NCBI GenBank assembly: GCA_947460245.1
Contig: CANHGL010000001.1
Coordinates: forward strand, 200,437 to 264,436
DNA: 64,000 bases
Reading direction: 5' to 3'
DNA from: Sphingobacteriales bacterium
Lineage (GTDB): Bacteria; Bacteroidota; Bacteroidia; Chitinophagales; JADIYW01
Both the position numbers and the translations under genes were made by a program. Below the pieces are notes generated by a model. The model saw nothing but the letters and a program-made list of their open reading frames with translations. It had not been told where the DNA came from and searched no databases. Below, one piece after another: positions 20,169 through 30,700 of this stretch; within the stretch, counting starts at the first letter, position 1, and each line of letters begins with the position of its first letter.

Positions 20169-20253
20169 ATATACACCAAATATACGGTAATTTTTTAGTG
20201 CCCTTGTGATCAAGACTTCAAATTTGGACTAAAAAATAAATAGGTATCGTTAT

Positions 20254-21246
20254 TTAACATTTTTTGCTTTCGAAAACTTTTCTAAATACAGCCTCATGTT
20301 GCCATGCAGCCGTTTCCCAACTAAAATACTGAGCCCGATGGATAGCCGCACTGCTCAATTTAGTATGTAAATCTTTATTAGACATAATTTCATGGATAGC
20401 AGAACGGATAGACGTAACAGACAGAGGATCTACCAATAATCCTGCTTGCTGAATAATTTCCGGACATGCCGAAGTGTTGCTTGTAATTACAGGAGTACCA
20501 CAAGCCATTGCCTCTAGTAGAGGCATCCCAAAACTTTCGTGTAAGGACGGAAAAATAAAAGTATAAGCCCCCTTCATATATGCCGCAACTTGTTCCGAAC
20601 TGAGCACTTCGTCAATAATAGTAATCTTTTTATCTGTGATGGATTTATTATAGCCTGGACATATCACCACAAGTGGGAGTTTTTCAGAATACGCTATTGA
20701 TTGATAGGCTTCTATTATTCTATCTACATTTTTTTTAGGCTGGTATGCTGAAACATGCAAAAGGTAATCCTTACTAGTTGTGGACGGATTAAACCAGCGC
20801 TTTTCATAGCCATGGTAAATCACGGCTATCTGTTCTGACCGCATACCAAGGCACTTTATCAATTCTTCCTTCGCATATTCAGAAACAGTGATAATTTGTG
20901 CCACCTTATACTTATACACCATCCATACCATCCACCTTCGGATAGCAGTAAATAAACCTTTTATCTTCTCTGATAATGTAGAGAAGTTATAGCTTAGAGG
21001 AGTAGATAGTATAGCAGCACCATGAAGGGTAATGACCCAAGGGATATTACTACTTAGTATTTTTCTATTAGGATATCTCGCCCCTGTACAAGTAGGATCC
21101 CATATCACATCCACATCTGGCAGCGCATCATCACTAGAGAAAAAGAAAATCTGATTTCCAAACTCTTTAAGATGAGCAACCACATTGTCTGTATAGAGTC
21201 TTACACTCGTTGCAGGATATTTTGATTGGAATATGCCTATTCGCAT
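20254..21246 (-). CDS. glycosyltransferase family 4 (GT-B)
   Basis: ESFGMPLLEAMACGTPVITS (E-x7-E region) in the C-terminal domain. Confidence 0.8.
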   Translation of the reverse strand: MRIGIFQSKYPATSVRLYTDNVVAHLKEFGNQIFFFSSDDALPDVDVIWDPTCTGARYPNRKILSSNIPWVITLHGAAILSTPLSYNFSTLSEKIKGLFTAIRRWMVWMVYKYKVAQIITVSEYAKEELIKCLGMRSEQIAVIYHGYEKRWFNPSTTSKDYLLHVSAYQPKKNVDRIIEAYQSIAYSEKLPLVVICPGYNKSITDKKITIIDEVLSSEQVAAYMKGAYTFIFPSLHESFGMPLLEAMACGTPVITSNTSACPEIIQQAGLLVDPLSVTSIRSAIHEIMSNKDLHTKLSSAAIHRAQYFSWETAAWQHEAVFRKVFESKKC

Positions 21247-21249
21247 AAC

Positions 21250-22428
21250 TTATTTTTTCATTTTTTCTCGCAATGCCGTCATAGGATATTCAAAGTACTT
21301 ATATACCAGTATTGAAATCAATATAGACCCTACAAAGTAGATTGCAAATAATACTATGTTTTCTAAATCTGTTGACGGCGTATATACTTTGTCAATTATA
21401 AATGCGACTACACTTCTGTGGAAGATGTAAATAGAATAGGAGATAAGACTAATCATTGTAATAAACCTTGAGAAAATAGTCACTTTATTCATCTTAACTT
21501 CTTTCATATAGACAGTCAGACTGAGTGATGCAAGCCCTGATAACAAGAGAAAAAAAGTTATAGATGCTATTGGAAAAAATTGCAAAGAGCGCTGCTCTCT
21601 TATACCGGGCATTATAGCGGTATAAAAGTAGATGAAGTATATAATTATGCTCACCATAAATACAACTCCAAATACATTTCTGTATTTTTTGAAGACTTCA
21701 GGATAATAAAAGTTAATCCATGCCGCGAATATCCCGAATGCAATAGTATCTAATCTAAAGAAACTCATGCGGGTCATATCTAACCAAGTCAATTTAGAAT
21801 CAACTGTGTATAATGCTACCCTCAACATCGTGGACAATACAAAGAACAAGAAAATGCCCAATAGCATATTCCTTTTGATGTGTTTCCCATGGAGCAGATC
21901 CACCTTACATAATCTATGTATTACCAACAAAAAAATCGGGAATAATAAATAGAACCACTCCTCAATACATAGCGTCCACGATTCCTCCATGAAAAAGGGT
22001 GGTGGAGTGGCTATAGTCTGACAAAAAAACAGATTAGCCAGGAATTGTAGTTTCAAAAACATGATTTTTCCTCCGAGCGACCAAAGTATTGCAGTAATTA
22101 TTAAAACTAAATAGTAATTAGGCAGAGTTCTGAACCATCTTCGTATCCAAAAATTATAGGCTGTTGTTAGCGTAAAAGACTGTTCTTTTTCGTAAAGTTT
22201 AATGAGAATCATTCCAATCAGAAAGCCACTTAAAACAAAAAACAAATCCATTAGCCAGAAACCCAATACAGAGACAAAATCATTAAAAATCGGAAAGAAA
22301 TGCATTTTAGATCGCCCATGTGCATAGAGCACTATCAATATACCTACACCCCTCATTATATCGAAACCATATACTCGATTTGAGTAATCGACCTCTATAG
22401 TGAAAATCTGTTTAAGCTTGGAGAGCAT
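21250..22428 (-). CDS. acyltransferase family 3 (OafA/WecH-like membrane O-acyltransferase)
   Basis: 392 aa, about 10 TM helices. N-terminal FDIMRGVGILIVLYAHG matches the AT3 R/H signature. Confidence 0.75.
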   Translation of the reverse strand: MLSKLKQIFTIEVDYSNRVYGFDIMRGVGILIVLYAHGRSKMHFFPIFNDFVSVLGFWLMDLFFVLSGFLIGMILIKLYEKEQSFTLTTAYNFWIRRWFRTLPNYYLVLIITAILWSLGGKIMFLKLQFLANLFFCQTIATPPPFFMEESWTLCIEEWFYLLFPIFLLVIHRLCKVDLLHGKHIKRNMLLGIFLFFVLSTMLRVALYTVDSKLTWLDMTRMSFFRLDTIAFGIFAAWINFYYPEVFKKYRNVFGVVFMVSIIIYFIYFYTAIMPGIREQRSLQFFPIASITFFLLLSGLASLSLTVYMKEVKMNKVTIFSRFITMISLISYSIYIFHRSVVAFIIDKVYTPSTDLENIVLFAIYFVGSILISILVYKYFEYPMTALREKMKK

Positions 22429-22457
22429 AGCAGCTAAAGATAAAAATATTTTGCCGA

Positions 22458-23810
22458 TCAGGCTGACTTACGATTAGATATAAATGGGAGATACATCAAG
22501 GTATATCCAAATTTTCGCTTTATATAAACTACCCCTATGATATTCCATGCAATCATACTGATTGTATTAGCAAATGCGGCACCTGAAATACCATACTTTG
22601 GAATCAAGAGAAGACTTACAAAAATATTCATTACAGCACCAAAGAGAGAAATATTCCTAAACTGCTTATGATGCCCCGTTGCATTTAGCAGTTGTGCCAC
22701 AGGTCCGCATAGCGTGTTAAAAATCTGACCTGCGGTAAGAACAGAAAGAGCAAATGCACCCGTCATGAATGCAGAACCATACAGCCACATTATATACTTC
22801 GAACAAAAGAAGAGTAAAAGAAAAATAGGCAAACTTAAAAGAAAGATCAACTTGGCAAACTTCTGTATTATGCGTTGCACTTCTGCATGTTGTCCTTGTG
22901 TATAAAGCTGGGTAATTTTTGGCTGTACAGTAGTATTTAATGCAACAAGAAATGTAGCCGCCAGCATAGAAATATTGGTACAAGTCTTATAGATACCTAC
23001 CTGATCTGTTCCGACGCCAAAAGCCTTGAGTAAAAAAACATCTGCACTATTGACTACTAAAAAAGCAGCGTATGTTATAAACATTGGATATGCTATTGCT
23101 AAAATCTCTTTATCCTTTACCTCTACCAGTATGGGCTCTTCTTTAGAGGGCTTAATAAAATATTTATATATGGGAATCAAGGAGAATAACCAGGGCAACA
23201 AACATAAAGTAGTCCAATGCAAATAAATCGGATTATTGCTATTAAAGTAAAAATAAGTAATCAGAAATAAGATAATTATTCGGATGACCGTTGGAGTAAT
23301 CAGCGACACATTGGCAGCATGCGCCTTTAATAATGCTCTAAGGCTAAAATTATTTAACTCTCCGAGCACAAGAAAAGGAAGAAAAAAAGCAGAATAGCGG
23401 AATACAAAAAGCATATCCGGCTCCTTCCAATATGCTGATAAATAGGGGGCTATAACAAACAAAAAAATACCTCCTATAACAGAGAAATAAATAATCAGTC
23501 TATTTGCTCTTTGTAAAATTCTATAGGCTGTCTTCAGGTTATATCGTTCGCGATATTCTGGAATCAACTTCTGTAGTGCATCTTTTATTCCAAAATTGAT
23601 GAGCATTGCAAGGATACTCATCACTGTAACTAGAAGGGTAAGTCGGCCTGAAGCTGTTGCACCGTAAAATCTTGCAATCAGTATTCCAGATATAAAACGT
23701 AAACCTTGCACCAGAAGTAAAGTAAGTGCGGTGGAAAGGCTTCCTTTCAGGATAAAACTGAAGTTTTTGTCCTGCAGAAGTTGGTGTATCTTTTCTTTAA
23801 TTGTATACAA
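22458..23810 (-). CDS. wzx: Wzx-type oligosaccharide/polysaccharide flippase (MOP superfamily)
   Basis: 450 aa, about 12-14 TM helices, with typical RfbX/Wzx N-terminal (LKGSLSTALTLLLVQGLRFISGILIARF) and C-terminal regions. It is the first gene of the 12.5-kb minus-strand operon. The start codon is TTG. Confidence 0.7.
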   Translation of the reverse strand: MYTIKEKIHQLLQDKNFSFILKGSLSTALTLLLVQGLRFISGILIARFYGATASGRLTLLVTVMSILAMLINFGIKDALQKLIPEYRERYNLKTAYRILQRANRLIIYFSVIGGIFLFVIAPYLSAYWKEPDMLFVFRYSAFFLPFLVLGELNNFSLRALLKAHAANVSLITPTVIRIIILFLITYFYFNSNNPIYLHWTTLCLLPWLFSLIPIYKYFIKPSKEEPILVEVKDKEILAIAYPMFITYAAFLVVNSADVFLLKAFGVGTDQVGIYKTCTNISMLAATFLVALNTTVQPKITQLYTQGQHAEVQRIIQKFAKLIFLLSLPIFLLLFFCSKYIMWLYGSAFMTGAFALSVLTAGQIFNTLCGPVAQLLNATGHHKQFRNISLFGAVMNIFVSLLLIPKYGISGAAFANTISMIAWNIIGVVYIKRKFGYTLMYLPFISNRKSA

Positions 23811-23922
23811 ATTATATGTGCTAGTATATGTGTTGTAAAAATAGGCATTGTATTTAATCGATGTACATGGCTATTTTTTATTATTTTTAAGCGCAGATAG
23901 CAACGGTAACCAAATATTAGGC

Positions 23923-25434
23923 ATGCTTTTTAACTCATTACATTTCTTACTGTTCTTTCCCATCTTTTGTTATCTCTATTTTTCGGTACCAAAAAAGCAT
24001 CAATATAAAGTGTTGATAGCCGGAGGGTATTACTTTTACGGGAACTTCAGTCCTTTCTTTGCCATCATTCTATTCATTATTACTTGTAATGATTTCTTTT
24101 CTGCGAAAATGATGGACAGGGAAGACTCCCAGCAAAAGAAAAAGAAATGGCTATACTTGAGTATGCTTGGTAATCTGGGTATTTTATTCGCTTTCAAATA
24201 CCTTGATTTTGTAGATGACAATATTCGTGCGCTATTACAAGTATTTCATATTGTTTGGGTTGTTCCTGAGCCCTGGTTTAACACCTGGATAGTACCCGTA
24301 GGTTTATCTTTTCTTACTTTTCAATCACTAAGCTATACTATTGACGTTTACAAAGGTCTCACGAAAGCAGAAACGCAATTTGGTTATTTTGCTGCCTTTA
24401 CTGCTTTTTGGCCGGTAATGGTAAACGGTCCGATTGAAAGGGCTAAGAACCTACTACCACAGATCCGACAAACGCATGATTTCAATTATGATAATATGCG
24501 AAAGGGATTAATAAGAATGACATGGGGCTTATTTAAGAAAGTGGTAATTGCAGACAGACTCTCCTTTTATGTAAATGACATGTATAGTCATTATAACGAA
24601 GTGAGCGGATGGACCATCTGGATGGGTGCTTTCTTCTTCCTGCTACAGGTATATTGCGACTTCTCCGGCTACTCTGATATTGCATTAGGCGCTGCGAAAG
24701 TTATAGGTATTGACGTAATGGAAAACTTCAGAAGACCCTTCTTCTCTAAAAACCTTGCAGATTTCTGGACACGCTGGCATATCTCCTTGTCGACCTGGCT
24801 TACTGACTATGTATTTTTCTATCTCGGGGCCTATAAAGCAAGTAGCATAAAAGTGGTCTTTAATGTAATTTTTGTACTCGCGCTATGTGGCCTATGGCAT
24901 GGTGCCAACTGGCCTATGGTTATCTCTTTTACAATGGTGGGTATCTGCATGGCTATCCGTTATTTATGGCAAAACAATGTAGTAAAAGCAATTCGTCCTA
25001 GTAACATCTATAGCCTCTTTAGTCGTTATTTCCCTGGATGGGCGCATAGTATACTCACCATTCTTATCTTTTTATTCTGCTTCTTATTATTTAGAGTATA
25101 CAGTGCACAGGTTACTATTAACCATATGCATCCCGAGACTTATACAGAATGGACTACCATAGCAGGATCTCTCTATGGAAAGCTTTTCCACCTCTTATCT
25201 GCTAATTATTTCAAGGAATTGATATTGATTAAGGGCATTATTGCTTTTATTCTATTGATCATTTTTATTGTCATCTTATTCCTCACCGAAGCGTTGATTG
25301 GCGACAGAAAGATAGAGGATGTATTATTAGGTCAGGATAGAATACAGGGTTGGTCAATCTATGCGGTACTACTGATATGTATTATATGGTTTGGTATTTT
25401 TAACAACACCACATTCGTTTATTTTCAATACTAG
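23923..25434 (+). CDS. MBOAT family O-acyltransferase (AlgI/DltB-like), copy 2
   Basis: MLFNSLHF N-terminus at ATG 23923 (the track ORF starts at TTG 23848), WTRWHISLSTWLTDYVFFYLG, and the conserved-His box CGLWHGANW. Confidence 0.85.
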   Translation: MLFNSLHFLLFFPIFCYLYFSVPKKHQYKVLIAGGYYFYGNFSPFFAIILFIITCNDFFSAKMMDREDSQQKKKKWLYLSMLGNLGILFAFKYLDFVDDNIRALLQVFHIVWVVPEPWFNTWIVPVGLSFLTFQSLSYTIDVYKGLTKAETQFGYFAAFTAFWPVMVNGPIERAKNLLPQIRQTHDFNYDNMRKGLIRMTWGLFKKVVIADRLSFYVNDMYSHYNEVSGWTIWMGAFFFLLQVYCDFSGYSDIALGAAKVIGIDVMENFRRPFFSKNLADFWTRWHISLSTWLTDYVFFYLGAYKASSIKVVFNVIFVLALCGLWHGANWPMVISFTMVGICMAIRYLWQNNVVKAIRPSNIYSLFSRYFPGWAHSILTILIFLFCFLLFRVYSAQVTINHMHPETYTEWTTIAGSLYGKLFHLLSANYFKELILIKGIIAFILLIIFIVILFLTEALIGDRKIEDVLLGQDRIQGWSIYAVLLICIIWFGIFNNTTFVYFQY

Positions 25435-25438
25435 GGAA

Positions 25439-26521
25439 ATGACAAAAAAAATACTGAAAAATATAATTATTCTATTGTGCATCATATTGCTGCTATCCAC
25501 ACTAATAAATATGACACTTCCATTTTATTGGGGTGATACAACACAAACACTAAAATTTGATTTTTATAAAAAGAATAGCGAAAAATTTAATGCCGTATAT
25601 CTTGGCGGTAGCTTAGAATACCGACATGTTGACCCTTATGTTATAGACAGTGTACTTCAAAAGAAAGGCTATGATTTTCGCTCCTTTAATATTGCTGCCG
25701 ACGGACACACTATTATAGAAGAGATGACAGATCTTGACGGATTACTAGCCGTACATAATCCAGATCTGAAATATATATTTTTCAGCATCAGTAGTGAGCC
25801 ATATTTTTTTCCTGCTAATTTGCACACTAGCAAATGGGTTTCCTGGCATTCTGCCAAGTCAACTATTCATGCTTTAAAAATTATTCCTACACTTCCCGAC
25901 GACTTGAGAACACGTGTGAAGTTCTGCTATTTCTATGTGATAAGCTGGTTGGAAAACCTATTCAAGTTGGGACAAATGCCCGAAGTGATTCGCTACTACT
26001 CCCAAAGAGACACCTATAATAAAAACTACCTGGGAACTAAAGAAAACGGATTTTATCCATATGACGATGAAGAAAGTCATTCTTTTATGGAATACAAATG
26101 GGAAGACACACTAATACGTAAATCAAAGGAAGAATACATCAACAATTCCTCCAAAAGGGATAGCTTAACTAATGACATTATATCTAGTTTTGAAAATTAC
26201 AAAGACGCTGATAAGGCAAATGCCGCAATGGTAGCCTTATGCATGGAAGCTTATAAGAAATGTGCAAAAAAGGGAATTCAATTATTTTTTATTCTGCCGC
26301 CACGCGCCAGGACTAATTATACTCTTCTGCTTCCTGTATTTAATACAATGCCGGAGGGAAGCAAGATAGAAGTTGCAGACCCCAGAAAATACCCTAAATA
26401 TTATGAGGTAGATTATGGCTATAATTTCCATCATTTAAATGATAAAGGCGCACGGCTACAAAGCATAGACATGGCTAAACAGCTAGTGGAACTAATGAAA
26501 GTCCAACGAGATACACTATAA
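25439..26521 (+). CDS. MBOAT partner protein, DltD/AlgJ/SGNH-like (pair 2)
   Basis: ATG 25439 lies 4 nt after the MBOAT stop. N-terminal TM helix, VYLGGSLEYRHVD (Ser block) and YNFHHLNDKG (His block). The layout matches the pair-1 partner. Confidence 0.5.
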   Translation: MTKKILKNIIILLCIILLLSTLINMTLPFYWGDTTQTLKFDFYKKNSEKFNAVYLGGSLEYRHVDPYVIDSVLQKKGYDFRSFNIAADGHTIIEEMTDLDGLLAVHNPDLKYIFFSISSEPYFFPANLHTSKWVSWHSAKSTIHALKIIPTLPDDLRTRVKFCYFYVISWLENLFKLGQMPEVIRYYSQRDTYNKNYLGTKENGFYPYDDEESHSFMEYKWEDTLIRKSKEEYINNSSKRDSLTNDIISSFENYKDADKANAAMVALCMEAYKKCAKKGIQLFFILPPRARTNYTLLLPVFNTMPEGSKIEVADPRKYPKYYEVDYGYNFHHLNDKGARLQSIDMAKQLVELMKVQRDTL

Positions 26522-26531
26522 CCATAAGAGA

Positions 26532-27029
26532 TTAAATCTCACCCACCACCTGATGCACCTTAAAGGTATAATAGCGTTGATACAGATAAGAAAAGGTAAT
26601 TACAAAAATCGCAGCAAAGAGTTTCGATGGCAGTGGATAAAAATGGAATACTTCTATAAATATTTTTATAAAACCTATATTCAGCAACGTACAAATAAAA
26701 ACACCTGAAAGATACCTGAATAACTGGAGCCTCACATGCACCGGAGAATTCACCCATACCACATATCTGCTCATATAAAAACCTGTAGGAAAACTCAAGC
26801 CGAAAGAAATAAAGAATGCAGCAATATGTGGACTAAAGGTGTAAAAGGGCGTTTTGAAGTTTTGCTCATGGAATAGATAATGATAGGCAATGTAGAACAC
26901 TAACGTATCTAAAAATAAATTGATACCTCCACATGCCATATATAAATACTCCTGTTTCGGAATAAACTTAAAGAACCAACTTCTAATTAGCAATAATGAT
27001 TGCCTTATGAAATCCGCCATTATGATCAT
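26532..27029 (-). CDS. GtrA family membrane protein
   Basis: 165 aa with 4 TM helices. The LYMACGGINLFLDTLVFYI opening and the size fit GtrA-like proteins. It is the last gene of the wza-PKS operon. Confidence 0.6.
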   Translation of the reverse strand: MIIMADFIRQSLLLIRSWFFKFIPKQEYLYMACGGINLFLDTLVFYIAYHYLFHEQNFKTPFYTFSPHIAAFFISFGLSFPTGFYMSRYVVWVNSPVHVRLQLFRYLSGVFICTLLNIGFIKIFIEVFHFYPLPSKLFAAIFVITFSYLYQRYYTFKVHQVVGEI

Positions 27030-27068
27030 AACTGTAATTGAACTGCAAAGCTAATCAACTTCATCATT

Positions 27069-27755
27069 TTATTTACTTTTCAATAAATCCTGGATAGTTA
27101 AATGATGTAAATCCACATTAATCATTTGATTACTAGATACGCAACAGGAGTAATGTACATTAACATTAAGTGGCTGAAAAAACAACAATCTGCCATCACA
27201 ATATATCTTATCTGAATATTTTACTCCTAAAGATATGCCTTCATTATAATCTACCTGCGTTTTTGATAAGACCTCCACACCTCTGCCATCACATTTTATA
27301 GCACTCTCTTTTATCGCCCAAAAATCAAAGAAAGCAGTTATTTTATTGTCAGCAGCTTCTATCAGCGCCCACTCATTATCACTAAAATACTTTCTAAATA
27401 AAAGATAATCGAGCTGCCGATGTTTCTCTATATCTATCCCGACTTTGGCAGACTGTGAAACTGCCAACATTACATATTCTCCCGAATGCGAAATATTAAA
27501 ATCTATGTTCCCTTCAATATATGGCCTATCTTTCTCTGTTAATTGTAACTGATGCACGCTGAAAGGAATATCCATGTGTTTGAATGCATATGACAATAAC
27601 ATTTTTCCTAAAAGAGACGCCTGTGCACTTTCCCAATGTTTGTAAGCTTTTATTTCTAACTGAATAGGTACTGGTAAATCACTAAGACATTGCTGAAAGT
27701 CTTTTTCTTCCAATCGCTGGGAATAATTAAGACAGTAGAGTTGTATATTATCCAT
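27069..27755 (-). CDS. 4'-phosphopantetheinyl transferase, Sfp type
   Basis: VGIDIEKH (Mg site) and FWAIKESAIKCDG (W/F-x-x-KE-S/A-x-x-K). ATG 27755 is preferred over the track TTG 27764. Confidence 0.8.
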   Translation of the reverse strand: MDNIQLYCLNYSQRLEEKDFQQCLSDLPVPIQLEIKAYKHWESAQASLLGKMLLSYAFKHMDIPFSVHQLQLTEKDRPYIEGNIDFNISHSGEYVMLAVSQSAKVGIDIEKHRQLDYLLFRKYFSDNEWALIEAADNKITAFFDFWAIKESAIKCDGRGVEVLSKTQVDYNEGISLGVKYSDKIYCDGRLLFFQPLNVNVHYSCCVSSNQMINVDLHHLTIQDLLKSK

Positions 27756-27790
27756 AGATCCCAAACGATAAATTTAATAACTACTCTACT

Positions 27791-30700
27791 TTAATTTTCC
27801 TGCTTATTAATGGAAGGCAGGCGCTTATCTATTTTCTTAAACCATCGCATTAAAATACCATCTTGAGCCTTGATTTCGTGCCAATCTTGCTGATTATTAT
27901 CTGCCATTTCTTGTGCAAACATAACATCAGCTAATGTTACTGCCTGAGTGGTATCTACTGCTCCACCTCCAAAAAAAGTTTCTAATAAATACTGATATAA
28001 ATCTGAAGGAGTATTGTATTGATGAAGAACCTGCATGCTTAATTCAGCGTCTACATGTTTTTCCATTAAACTTAAAAACTCACCGCTCATCATGCTATCA
28101 AATCCTTGCTCCCGATAAGTTTTATGAAGATCTACCTTCTGGCCTGCTTGCAGCCCCAATACTTTGGCTGCTTCAAGTTGCATATACGCTAATAAAGTCT
28201 CCCGTGTAGCCCTTTTAGCAGGGATACTTATCTCCTGACGAACGGCTGTTGTAGCTAAATATGTTGTTGTCTTGTGCATAAACACAGGATCATCCCAGTA
28301 TACCCTTCTGTCCCAAGCGTAAGTAGGCAACTGCACGCGATTGATGCTTTTGCCGCCATATAACCTTTGCCAGGCTATAGAGATCCCTGTAGTATATAAT
28401 TGTTGTAGCGTTTCATTAAAATACTGAACATCTTCTGTGTCTTTTTTAGCCGAGGACAACCAAACTCCATTTGAATCTGTATTGGTCTGCTTAGCCAAAC
28501 TTATTAAGACAGGATTAGGCCCAACCTCTAAGTAGATGGAGACACCCATAGTATGCTGGATCCATTGGATACCGGCTGCAAACTGCACAGCACCACGTAT
28601 ATGATTGGCAAAATAAGTAGCAGTTAGATCCTCCACGTTTAGCGGTTTACCTGTAAGATTGGATATCACCGGAATCTCAGGCTGTCTAAATCTAAACTGC
28701 TGAACATATACTGTGAAGTCTTCCAGTATCGGCTCCATTAAATGGGAATGGAAAGCATGAGAAACATTTAATGCTATTGCTCTTATCTTTTTTTCTTTAA
28801 GCTGCTCTACAAATTGTTCTACCGCTTTTTTATTTCCGGATATCGTACAGTTTTTAACTGAATTTACTGCAGCAAGATCTATAGCCGTTCCTTCCAGAAG
28901 CGGCCTTAAGTCTTCGGCACTACAGAAAACAGAGGCCATGCCGCCTTCTTGCTGTGGCAGTGTATTCATGAATGTTGCTCTGGCTACTACTAGCTTAAGT
29001 GCATCTGATACATCCATTGCATTAGCTACCGCCAATGCTACAATTTCTCCAATACTATGACCTATCAATACAGTGGGCTGAACGCCATAGTGCATCCATA
29101 ATTTGGCCATTGCATATTCTACCACAAATAATGCCGGCTGAGTAAACTTTGTCTGATGAATCAAATTACTGTCACCGTCCTGTTGCCATAGTATATCTTT
29201 TATTGATACGCCAAGAAGCGGGCGAAGAACAAGATCACACTCCTCTACCGAATTTCTAAATACTTCAAATCCGTCATAGTACCCTTGAAACATTCCAAAA
29301 TACTGAGCGCCCTGTCCAGTAAATAAAAAAGAAAGCTCCTTCCCGCCACGTAACTCAGGATTAGAGACTATATAGCTATTCGATACTACACCATTTAGAA
29401 ATGATCCTAAACCATCTTGCAATTCTTCTTTTGTATTTCCTAAAATAGATAATGCATAATCAAAATGATTCCTGCCAGTTTGGAGCGTGTTGCATATCTC
29501 TGTTAAAGTGTATCTATCCCATATATTGACATTATTTAAATATCGCTGTGCTATTCCTCTAAGACTATCCTGATTCTTGGCACTAATGATAAAATGAAAT
29601 GGACCTACTGTATCTTCCGATTTACATTTCGGCTTAGGCGCTTCAAAAATCATATGTACATTAGTGCCGCTGTATCCCGATAGATTTATAGCAACAGCAA
29701 TAGGCTTATCAGAATTGGAAAGATCAACGGGTACTGTAGAAACACAGGTATTTATTTTATCCCACTCCACATCCTCGTTCAGTGTATTGATATTGATCTG
29801 TGCAGGAATTCTTTTATTGCGAACAATCTCTATCAGCTTAAACAGCATCGGCATTCCGGTTGCTGCTTCCAGGTGCCCGATATTTGCCTTTACAGAGCCA
29901 ACATAAATTGGCGTATTCCTTCCTAGATAGCCTTCGTGAATAGACTGAATCTCTATTGCATCTGTAAATCTATTTCCTATACCATGCGACTCCACATAAA
30001 GAATATCCTCTGCCGATAGTCCGGAATCCTTAAGTGCTTCCTTTATTGCCAAAGTGATTACTTCCGGATTGGGAGCTGTGAATCCATTGCTGCTTCCATT
30101 GTGCTTTACTGCAGAACCTTTAATAACTAACTCTATATTGTCATTATCTCGTTCTGCATCGCTTAATCGCTTTAACAAGGCGACGCCACAACCCTCCCCT
30201 CTAATATAACCATCCCCATCATTAGCGAACGCTTTACACTGATCAGAAGAAGAAAGTGATCCTAATTTAGAGAGTCCGACAAACATCTCTGGTGTCAATA
30301 ATAAGTTAGCAGAAGATACTACTGCTAAGTCAATCGTATTCTTTTGTAAATCTTCTTTTGCGAGATGCAATGCCAAAACTGTAGATGCGCAGGCCGCATC
30401 CACATTATAGCTTGGACCCGTAAAATCATAACTAAAAGAAACACGACCACCGGCAGTTCCGAATAAGATACCTGTCGTATCATATACATCTACAAGTTCT
30501 AAATTGCCACTTCTAAATCTCGCTGAAATATAATCTGAATTGCCAAGCGCTATATACACTCCTGTGTTGCTTCCTTTCAGGCTTTCAGATGGTATCGCTG
30601 CATTTTCGAAAGCTTCATAAACAACTTCCAGCACCATACGTTGCAATGGATCTAAGGACTTTGCTTCACGTGGTGCAATAGAAAAAAAAGCGGCATCGAA

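Noticed and set aside
23848-23922. N-terminal extensions in track ORFs (23848, 25391, 9871, 2974, 60231, 39178, 27764, 48819, 20213).
   Set aside because: Those I checked begin at TTG or lie upstream of a better in-frame ATG. In several cases they overlap the upstream gene or a TAnnTTTG promoter box. The downstream ATGs give canonical N-termini (MLFNS..., signal peptides, receiver domain).
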